Source of the DNA: Balanoglossus misakiensis
Lineage: Eukaryota; Animalia; Hemichordata
Assembly: GCA_040954595.2 (NCBI GenBank)
Contig: CM082592.2
Coordinates: 11,292,017 to 11,356,016 of the forward strand
Direction of reading: 5' to 3'
DNA length: 64,000 nt
The notes under the pieces were generated by a model. That model searched no databases. It was given only the letters and a program-made list of their open reading frames with translations, and was not told the origin of the DNA. Position 1 is the first letter of the stretch, and each line of letters opens with the position of its first letter. Below, in pieces: positions 1 through 10,900 of the stretch. The position numbers and the translations under genes were made by a program.

Positions 1-2063
1 GGTTGAGAACAGTCGTCAACTCAGAACACATCCGCTGACAGACTGTATGTGGGGTCAGTTTGATCTCATACTGACCTTTCACCTGAGCAAACCAGCTCAT
101 CGATGCATCGGTACTAATTGTCTGCATAGAATATAAAATGAAAAAATTAAATATTAAACACGGAAATGGTCAAATTTGCACAGAGTTTTAGAGAGATAGG
201 GTATAGAAAGTGGAACATATTTGATTTAGGGAGTACTGGTTAAACTTACATATTCGTCTTGATCAGGTTCTTTCTCCTCATCTTTCTTTACTCCGGAGTC
301 AATAAACAGCCAGTTTACAAAAAACATTTCCACCATGGGTGGTACGAAGTATGGCCTTGAGTAGAAACTGCGGATGATCTTGATAGATGGGTCCTTACAG
401 TTTTGCCATCTCATGTGCCATTGAGTGAGATTGCCATTCTCTATCTCACGCAGTGTGGATTTCAGATCCGCATTCGGCTCAGAGCTGAGAAAGCCACAGA
501 TTTGTGACGAGTCCATCGCTGGATCTGCTAGATACAGCTGGAACAAAGCAAATTTGTTGTATACTATAAACTAGATTAGTGGTAGTGAAATTACAGCTCC
601 CCATAACATAGAGGATTAGGATGGAACAGAGGTTGATGGACACATTCATAATAGCGAGAGAGTGTGCTTTTTTCCCTTTCACCCCCTTTCCCACTGTAGA
701 GATCCAACTTTACCAAAGAAAACATTGCATTTTGAACAAACCATGGTGGTGAAAGGGTCAGTGAATGGATGTGTACCACAATGCAATCACTCAGCCAGTT
801 CTACCTTTGCTAAGAAATTTGTATCAAATTCCTTGAGTGCCTTCCAGTTGGTCATTGCATCAGTGACCACGACAGGAACATGGATGTACAGGTAATCAGC
901 GGCCATCTTGTCAGTTGATACTTTGTTGATTTTCTCTATCTTAACTAGGCCTTCACAACCCTGCAAAGAAAAAGTCTTTAGTTATGAGATGCTTGACCAA
1001 TCTAGAGTTGTCTGGACCAAAATATGAGAAAGTTTAAGACTTTGATATTCGGGGTGCATGCAGGCTTCTACTGTATCTGATGTCAAACTTTGCTTTGAAG
1101 ATTGATCTTACCTCGCAGTCAGATTCCTGCAAAGAACCAGGGTCAAAGTAGGGATTTTCAATTAGACAGTCATCAACAAACAAGTGGGTCCAGTCCCAGT
1201 ATGGCAAAGTCTGTGAAGGATGAAGCACAGATTGAAACACTGAATTCTATTCAGTCAGTGTCAACCAGGATATGCAGAATTTATTTTAAGCAATTATGGA
1301 TTTTACAACATGCAGTAGACTCTTGGAGTTGCAACAAACTGTAGGAGAAAACTGCTGATAATGATGTACTGTGTAGTGTACCACTCTTTAATTTGCTAAT
1401 ACTTCTTCTGACTGCCTTTGATTATCATGCCCAAAGACACCTCGCTTGACACTTGCCAGGGATGTGGAAAAATGGATGACCTGAGTCCTAGGAGATACAA
1501 AATTGTCATTGTCCCATTGACTTTTGATAAAATGTAGACTCTTGACCTCACATACACAGATGTCAGATAAGATATCTAGCATCATTATTTACACTGAGCT
1601 CAGTACAATTATAGTATTTTTTGTCATCAATATGGTACAAAATATTGAATGTTGACCCCCAAAACTTGTACAATTGGTACCCTTTACTCACCTTCAGTTC
1701 CGCATACCGTGCATGGATCTTGATCAAATTATGTGCCGGGTCGTAGTTGTATGAGAAAACCAGGAGAGTGACAAACAAAACCAATTTCAAAGCCAAACCT
1801 TTCCACTTCCTACGGTTAGAATCTTTGAGGAAATCAAGGACTGGACTGGCGCAACTTTCGATTTCAGTCTCACTGTAACCAGATTGTAAACAAAAATCAC
1901 GAAGAAGCCGGATTTCATCGTCGATGATTTTCAATTTGTCTTCTAACGGTAGTTTCTTCTGTTCATCAGTTACATCTGCAATTTGTGGAAGATCAGTAAG
2001 CTCACTAGCTTCTTCAGTCTGAGGTTTGGAAGGAATTTTCCTCTGTCGAATGTTGGTTGCCAT
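1..2063 (-). CDS. C6orf89/BRAP-like type II membrane cupin (degenerate JmjC) protein, tandem copy 1; 3' end off-window
   Basis: Exons 2063-1692, 1210-1112, 960-805, 537-250, 121-<1 all have GT-AG boundaries and join in frame. N-terminal MATNIRQRK, a TM helix (LALKLVLFVTLLVFSY), and motifs PVVVTDAMTNWKA, YSRPYFVPPMVE, WFAQVKG. The family assignment is from remembered motif similarity, not a search. Confidence 0.75.
674..757. mobile_element. Short piggyBac-type MITE copy, in intron 3 of cupin copy 1
   Basis: Terminal inverted repeats CCCTTTCACC...GGTGAAAGGG. Internally similar, in reverse orientation, to the copies at 14475 and 56656. Confidence 0.65.
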
Positions 2064-2574
2064 GTTTCACGTCTTGCTCTCTTGAACTCTGTTAGAATTA
2101 AGCTGGTTCTGGGTCTTTTTTGTAGAAGCTCAACTTTTCAAAGACATGTACTTTGGACCAAAACCAGGATGCAAAAAGACTCCCCAGCACTGGTTAGGTT
2201 TGTGTAGAGAATCAGAGAGTCATGCAGGTTACTATATGTGCACTCAGGAATTTTAAGGCCAGTGTCTGTAAAAATTTTAACCTGACTACATGCAGCCATG
2301 ACACATAAATTTGACACTTTAGTTTATTTCTTTCCTCAAACAACAAGAAGTGCTATTTTACAGTGTGGCATCTTTCACCAGAAGACTAATCATACACTTT
2401 GAAATTAAATGCACTTTGTACCAGCAACCAAATTTCAAAATATGGATTCCATTTAAAGTCCATGAAATCCATATATGAGATCTCTGCATCAAGATACATT
2501 TGTGGTATTGAAAAGAAGTTAGATAGTTGTGAAATCTAGGCTTTATGGTTTCATGGTATCTGAGAGAATCTTTG

Positions 2575-4923
2575 CTAGTCCCATATTCCACTTGCAGCAA
2601 TGGCAATTGCATTTTCTTCACCAACCATTCTGTACTTGAACGTCCACATTAGATTGGTAAAAGCCACTGTAACATAAATGGGATAAAAACATGTGTAAGA
2701 GTTAATGAAGACATAATTTTGCTGTTTTACTCCGAGGTTGAACATAATGTCTGCCAACTGTTGATCTCTTATGATTCTGTGTGTCAGACTAAATAAGTGG
2801 ATAAAACTTACAAATTTCTCCTGGATTGAGAATTGTTGTGAGCTCTGAACACATCTCCTGACAGTGTTCGTTCGGGGTCAGTTTGACCTCATACAGACCT
2901 CTGAGCTGAGCAAACCAGGTCATTGATGCACCAGAACCAAGGGCCTGCAAAAAAAATGGACACCAATCAGGAAACTGGCAAAAGGACACCAGAGTTATAC
3001 ACACAAATGTTGATGGTGGGATTCCAATCCCACAGAATATGGTGGCTATAAGCATAGGTGTCGGAATCACACTGATTCTGTAAAACAGGTGGTTGAATCT
3101 GACACCTGTGGCTATAGGCCTTTATAGGTGGGGAAATGTGTACAAAACATTCATCAGAATCATTGAGACTTACTTTTTCATAGTCCTGCATATGAGGTTC
3201 TTCCTTGTCTTTGTCGTTCTTCACTCCAGAATCAGTAAACAGCCAGTTGGAGTGCAACATTTGCACCATGGGAGGTACAAAGTATGGCCTTGAGTAGAAA
3301 CTTCGGATGAACTTCACTGGGTGGTCCTCACAATTTTGCCATCTTATGTGCCACTGAGTGAGATTGCCTCTTTTTATCTTACGTAGCAAGGGTTTCAGAT
3401 ATGCATCTGGCTCAGAGCTGTGAAAACCACAGATCTTGGAAGAGTTTACTGCTGGCTCAGTTATGTACAGCTACAACAAATCAAAATATAACAATGCATG
3501 TATTAGATAGTTTGTGACAAATTCAAGGTGGATAACATATGGCTTGACAACAGATTAATGGAGGGATGTACATGTATATACCATTTATTTAATCACCAAG
3601 CCAGTATTACATGTACCTTGGCTAGGAAATTCATATCAAATTCCTTGAGTGCTTTCCAGTCAGTCAGAGCATCTGTGACCACAACAGGAACATGCATGTA
3701 CAGAAAATCAGTAGTTATCTCATCACTGGTTACTCCATCAACCTTCTTAATCTCAACCAAGCCTTCACAATCCTGCAAAGAAAACCAGTTTGCTTTTAGT
3801 TATATATGATTTCTAACATTCAATACAGTTTACAGAAACTGAATTTTAGCTCAGTGTGATTTTAATTGATTTTTTAACCCTTTCAAAATTGTACATCACA
3901 TACCTCACAGTTTGTTTCATTTATAACCAGAGGGACAAAGTAAGGATTTTCAATAATACAAACTTCATCATTCAAGTTGGTCCAGTCCCAGTATGGCAAA
4001 GCCTGTGAAAATAGAGCATTCCATGCGACAAAAGAAACATAATGGGATTTTTAAAATTAGCTTCTACATTAGCAAGGCTTTTGCTGTTCTAATATATTAT
4101 GTGGATGAATTGTGCACAGTCCACAGCAAAAATGTACTAAAAATATTACATTTTCGCGACCTGAACTCTCAATTTTCAGATAGACTGAAGCTAGTGTCCT
4201 TTGTGATTAGTTTAACAATGGACAGCTTCTATGGAGATAATAAAACACTCTAATAAATATGCTGAATTGAAATTTGCATGATCTATTATATGCTGCTGAA
4301 AATATCCCATGTGTATTTAATAATAAATTTGATGAAATCCTCAGTGGTAATTGAGAGTGTAAGCTTACCTTCTGTAAAACAGAAAAAACATTGCATTATT
4401 TATTGCAACATTTTAGAAAACAATACTAAAACAATTTTGTCTTTGGATAATTGAGTGGCAGGGAATGAAGCCACTAACACCCTGAAATCAAATGATGCAT
4501 CACTTGATCACTATGGGACTATACCAATTATGACCCTGACTGAATTCTGAGTTTTCTCACCTTCAGTTCAGCATAGCGCAAGTGGACACAGATCATGTTA
4601 TATGCTGGATTGTAGTAATACAAGAATGTCAGTACAGAAATGAGCAAAACAAGTTTCAAAGCCCGACGTTTCCATTTCCTAAAGTTGGAAACTTTGAGGA
4701 AATCAAGGACAGGCTTTGCACAACTTTTGATTTCACTTTTACTATAACCAGACTGCAGACAAAAATCATGAAGTAGTTGGATTTCATCGTCAATGATTTT
4801 CAGTTTGTCTTCTAAAGGTAGTTTCTTCTGTTCATCGGTTACATCTGCAATTTCCGGAAGATCATCTCCAGCTTCTGTTTGCATTGCGGGAGGAACTTTC
4901 CTCTGCCTAATATCAGTTGACAT
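2575..4923 (-). CDS. C6orf89/BRAP-like type II membrane cupin protein, tandem copy 2 (complete, 6 coding exons)
   Basis: Exons 4923-4561, 4002-3904, 3772-3617, 3470-3174, 2944-2812, 2666-2575 join in frame and end ...AASGIWD*. Intron positions and phases match copies 1 and 3. Confidence 0.8.
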
Positions 4924-5418
4924 GTTTCACGTCTCGGTTCTTGATCTAAAACATCTATAGTTTAGAAAGGCAAGTTCATCGTACTAAAATAGGATGCAAA
5001 GAGACTCCCCAGCACAGTGAGATGGTATCGGAGAGCGGTGTGTGTCACATAATGAACATCAACGATAAATATATATTCATAATTCCAAAGCGAGGGAGAT
5101 CCTTATTTGTGAATTGGCCAGACAATGAGTTTGCTGGTAATTGCAGCTATCAAGTTGCTACAGAATTGCTACTGTAACCAGACCATTAGCACAAGCACTC
5201 TATCATAACACTCCAAACACTCGTTCAACATACTGACCACATGTAGCCATAGTACACAGTCTCAGTATCTTTATTTCTTTACTAGGGTGAGAAATGAAAG
5301 TGAATACACAATTCAAAGCTGTCCTTTTTCATAATCAATATCATGAAATTGAAAAAAGTTTCTATGAAGGTTGAGAAATCTAGGCTTTATGGTTTCATGG
5401 TATCTGAGAGAATCTTTG

Positions 5419-7331
5419 CTAGTCCCATATTCCACTTGCAGCAATGGCAATTGCATCCTCTTCACCAACCACTCTGTACTTGAACGTCCACATTAGATTG
5501 GTAAAAGCCACTGTAACATAAATGGGATAAAAACATGTGTATTAGTTAATGAAGACATAATTATACTGATAGAGGCCTAATCTTGGCCTTTAAGTTAATA
5601 TTACTGTAATGTATGAGATATGAGTAAGGTTTCATATGGTTGAAAAGTACCCAGTCACCAGTAAAAGTAAAGAATAGCAAAGTATGCTTCCTGAGAAGAA
5701 TATGCTGCAAGGGAAGTGAACATATTAAACTTATTAAACTTACAAATTTCTCCTGGATTGAGAATTACTGTCAACTCTGAACACATCTTCTGACAGATTT
5801 CATTTGGAGTCAATATGACCTCATACTGACCTCTGACCTGAGCAAACCATGACATTGATGCCTCGATTTGAAGGGCCTATAAAAAAGAACAGAAAATGAG
5901 AAAAATTAAACATTTAACAATGCAATGACCAAAGAACACCAGAGTCCTATACACATACATTTGAATATGTATATACTTACTTCTTGATAGTCATTCTCAA
6001 CTTCTTTATTGTCCTTATTGTTCTTCACTCCAGAATCGGCAAAAATCCAGTTGAATTGAGACATTTCAACCATAGGTGGTAGGAAGTATGGCCTTGAGTA
6101 GTAACTGCGGATGACCTTGACAGGACGGTCCTCACAATTTTGCCAAATCATGTGCCAATGAGTGAGATTACCCTTCTTTATCTTAAGCAGCATGGTTTTC
6201 AGGTATGCATCTGGCTCGGAGGTGAGAAAACCACAGATCTGTGTAGAGTTCAACACTGGATCTGCAATATATAGCTGGAAGAGATCATAAAACAAGAATG
6301 ATGAACACACAATTATTAAAGTTAAGAAATATGTGATTTTAATGAATGGATGTATACCACTTACCCTTGCAAGGAAATTCATATCAAATTCCTTGAGTGC
6401 TTTCCAGTCAGTCATTGCATCTGTGACCACAACAGGAACATGCATGTAGAGAAAATCAGTAGTTATCTCATCACTGGGTATTTCATCCAGCTTCTCTATT
6501 TCAATCAAGCCTTCACAACCCTGCAAAGAAAACCAGTTTAGACTTAGAGCTGCATGTCCATTGAATGTCTTAACCCTTTCACCCCAGTTCCCTTTACGTG
6601 ACTTTCATCGATTTCACATTAACCTTTCAAGATTTTCTCACCTCACAGTCTGATTCATCCAAGGCAAGTGGTTCAAAGTAAGGATTTTCAATAATACAAT
6701 CTTCTTCAAATAAATAGGTCCAGTCCCAGTATGGCAGAGTCTGTAACAATTGAAACATTATTAATATATTTAAAAAAATCACAGATGAAGTACAGGTGGA
6801 TAGCAAATATCAAACAAACCATCCACAATAAACATTTTCTTTATACATGTAATCACCAAGGGTTAGGATGCCTTTATTTGCTACCATCCAAAATCATGTA
6901 TATATACACTGTGATTGTTATGATGCACCCGTTCGGTAAAATGGGCGTGGCAATTTACACATTCTCACCTTCAGTTCTGCATACCGTACATGGGCGCGGA
7001 TCAAATTATACGCTGGATCGTAGTAATACAAGAACGCCAGTACAGAAACGATCAATATCAGTTTCAAAGCTCGACGTTTCCACTTCCTACGGTTAGAATC
7101 TTTGAGGAAATCGAGGAGGGGACTGGCACAACTTTCGATTTCACTCTTACTGTAACCAGACTGTAGACAAAAATCACGAAGAAGCCGGATTTCATCGTCG
7201 ATGATTTTCAATTTGTCTTCTAACGGTAGTTTCTTCTGTTCATCGGTTACATCTGCAATTTCTGGTAGATCATTACTAGCTTCTTCTGTCTTCGTTTTGG
7301 AAGAAATGTTCCGTTTCCTTACTTCTGCCAT
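5419..7331 (-). CDS. C6orf89/BRAP-like type II membrane cupin protein, tandem copy 3 (complete, 6 coding exons)
   Basis: Exons 7331-6969, 6740-6642, 6520-6365, 6274-5981, 5876-5744, 5510-5419 join in frame and end ...AASGIWD*. Head-to-head with BRE1. Confidence 0.8.
6570..6596. mobile_element. Truncated MITE end
   Basis: TTAACCCTTTCACCCCAGTTCCCT closely matches the reverse complement of the right end of the 14475-14562 copy. Confidence 0.5.
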
Positions 7332-7334
7332 GTT

Positions 7335-7490
7335 TTGATCAAAAGTAGGTCATGTGAAGCTAATCACATGACAGTCATATGACCATTTTTGACGAATCAG
7401 GTTAGGGTTCAATGGCCTCTTTGACCCGGAAGATGTTAACTGACAGGTCGACATCCGGGTTAGAATATTCCATCTTGTGTTTGGTAAGGA
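7335..7490. promoter_or_regulatory. Probable bidirectional promoter for cupin copy 3 and BRE1
   Basis: Divergent ATGs at 7331 (-) and 7971 (+). Inverted pair GTCATGTGA/TCACATGAC at 7349-7372, ETS-like CCGGAAG at ~7426, a candidate 5'UTR donor GTAAGG at 7484 and an acceptor at ~7952. Confidence 0.55.
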
Positions 7491-7970
7491 AATCTGTCCC
7501 GCAAAATTACTTTATATATCCTATGGGATGGACATTTTTTCGCCTAAAAATCATTTTGTCTAGTACCTAAATACTCAGAGTTTGTTTTGAGAGAGAGTGG
7601 TAATGGGGATATTTGTAGATTTTCTCATATGAAGTCTCAAAGTTGTGAATGCAAATGAATGAACCGGGCCAGTTGTGATGATCATCAGCAAAGTTGTATA
7701 TATGTCAAGCTTATGTCCACTGATGATGCTATTATTTGATTTATCAAGTTTGAACGATATTTGCTAGTCATCATATTAACTAGTCCTGTTGTGCAGGGTA
7801 TCACATAGGCGGTACTTCGCTTTGTAACGACCAGATTGGTACAGTACTCCCAGAAACATGGTAAACCAAACACCACCAAGGAAGTTAATAGCCACATCAT
7901 TGCATACATCAGCTGTTTCTAATCATCAAGGGACATATTTTCTCCTTCACAGGACTGCCAAGTCATCACT

Positions 7971-10900
7971 ATGGCAACCAAAAGACCTGCCAGTGAGATG
8001 GAGGCATCTTCTCCGACAGCATCCTCTAGTTCCAAGGCAGATTGTCCACCGGCAAAGAAAACTATATTTGATCCTGTGCAGATAGGGCCGGTATCATCAC
8101 AGGTAAGGTTCAGCAGATGGATCATGACACATTATGTAAATAACTCAGTGTGTTACAGGGGTCCATGAAGGAGTCATCCTTGTTTGATGCCTTGAATTTT
8201 TTCTCTCGTTTCACTCTGCAGGAAGAGATGGACATCAAAGTGTTGAAATTTCAAAATAAGAAACTCGCTGAACGACTGGACCTCAGGAGGAGCGTAGAAG
8301 AAGAATTAAGAGAAAGAATACAAAGACTTGAAAGGAGGCAAGCCAATGATGAAGCTGTACTCTGTCTTTTGAATAGATACTGGTCTCAGGTAATGCACAA
8401 CTTATTTATTTCATATTTAGGTCAAAACCTGATGCAGTTATAATCCTCCTAAAACTTCCCTTGCCCTCATTTTCAGATAGAGATGAAGAGAATCTCTGAC
8501 ATACATTGTTCATACTATAATATAGGAGGTTAATGTTTCCTGTTTCTTTTCTTTTTTAGCTTGATGAAGATATTGAGGTCTTGTTGAGGAGGTTTGATGA
8601 GGAAGCAGAAGAGAAGGATGAGAATACTGGAGAAGATGACGATGCCACAAAAGAAGAGAAAAGTGATGAAAACCTAGATGTAAAAGAAGAGATGGATACA
8701 ACATCAAGTAACAGTGAAAGTGAGGAGAGCAGTAAAGATAAAACTAAAAAAGGTGAGAGAAATATTTCAAACACAAATTTTTAGAGGGATTACCAGAGGT
8801 AGAACTTCAAAATCAGATTGCTTCAAGAAAACATAAAACAAATGCTATCATTCCTGTGTACACTGACATTTCTGTTTTGCATTTCTGGCAGAAAATGAGG
8901 CAGTTGTGTCTTTCCTGGCGCTTCTGTCCAGCAGTGAATCGGATGAAATCGAACAACAACTGCAGCAGAGATCCATGTTTTCAAAAGAAGCCATTTCAAA
9001 GCTTATCAAAGTCTTTGATAAGCTGCAGCAGAAGCATGATAAATTAGCAGTATCTATCCAAAACAGTGGTAAGTACACAACAGTGATGTTATTCTCGGTC
9101 AATTTTACTTCAAGAAAACTATGTATTGTTCTGTTTCAAAGTTGATTGCTTTATTATCTTGTCACCTTTGTCGACACAAATAATACTCAGATTTGCCATT
9201 TTCCTTCCTCCCAACACAGATGATCTAGACGAAACAATCAAAGCAACAATGTCAGATGTACAGAGTGAAAACAAAAGTTTACAGTCACTGGTTACATCTT
9301 TGCAAGAAACGCATCATCTGTCATCACTGAAGGTAAAGCATTCATTCTAATTTCATTGGTTAAATTGGCATAATAATTTTGTGATGAGAAAAACGGTACC
9401 TGAGCTGTCCCAATTCCACAATAACCAGTGATTGTGTTTTCCTGCAGTTTGCAGAACAGACGGATAAACACCAAGCAGCTGAGACAAAAACTGCCGAGTT
9501 GAGTAATATTGTAGATAATCTTCAGTATGACTTGGACAAAGCAAGGCAAAGAGCAGACAAACTAGAAAGCCTACTGACAGATGCACTTTCCAAATTAAAG
9601 ATGTACAAAAATGCTGATGGTGGTGGAGGAGTCTCGGTCTCTCAAGGAAAGGTAAGTCGGAAAGTTCTGGATCTCTAATTTGTAATGTAGTTTGTTTTCT
9701 TGTGTTGAATTTTACTGCATGTAATATGTATTGCTTATAAGATCTCTCTTAGTGAAACCTTGAGCTATTTATATGTGATTGTTCTGATTTCTTTGCCATC
9801 TGAATGTGTTTCTAATTCTTTCTGTATCACTTCCCACAGTTGGAGGAAATGAACTTCCAACTGAATGAGCAGACAGAAATGGCATCGAACAGACTGGCTG
9901 AGATTGAAAAAATACAAGAAAAGGTTCAAGAACTGACCAAGGAAAACGAAAAACTTAAAATGGATGTAAGTCTTATGAGTAAAGTTTGTGTGGTATTACA
10001 TGATTTTTTCCTGAAGTGTTTTTTTGACCTCTCATTTCCAAAAAATTGTTGTTGTATCTTCTGAAAATATGTCTTTGTAAAGTTACAGCATATACCAGAG
10101 GAAGTTATACAACAGACGCCGGAGTATAAAAACCTACAGTCGCAATTTTCAGTTTTATTTAATGAAGCTATGCTAATGAAGTCTCAACTGGAAGATACTC
10201 GGAGTTTACTACAGTCGTTGAAAAATGCACATCTGAGGCAAATAGAACAAATGGAGGTGTGTAAATTGAAATATTATATGCTTTGTCTGAATGCATCCAT
10301 CTGATTGGCTGAAGGCTGGGGTATATATGTGCTTAGTATAAATCCAGTAATCTGATTGGATGAAGCAGGGGTTTATAATGGAATGATGTACTACATGACA
10401 CTTTAATTTCTTCCCAAGACAAACAATTTAATCACCGGTTTTAACTTTTCTGAACAGAGTGATGAGTTATCATGTCAGAAAAAACTTCGGACAGAAGTTA
10501 TCCAGTTGGAAGACACACTTGCACAAGTACGCAAGGAATATGAAATGCTGAGAATTGAATTTGAACAAACACTAGCAACAAATGAACAAGCAGGTATGCA
10601 TCTTTACTTTCTTCAGTGTCTGGTCTCCATACTAGTCATTGTGAGGCATCCTATTCCGAATTGGACCTATTGCAGGATTTATAATAAATCCTTGTATTCT
10701 GCACTGTTTTCAATTGCAGGTCCCATTAACAGAGAGATGAGGCATGTCATCACCAGTCTTCAAACGCATAATCAACAGTTAAAATCAGAAGCTGCTAGGT
10801 ACAAGAAGAAACTCAGAGAGGCATATGCTGAATTGCACAAGGTATATTATATAATTGGAAACCCCAGAGAGATAAACTTAAAGTATGGTTACTGTAACAT

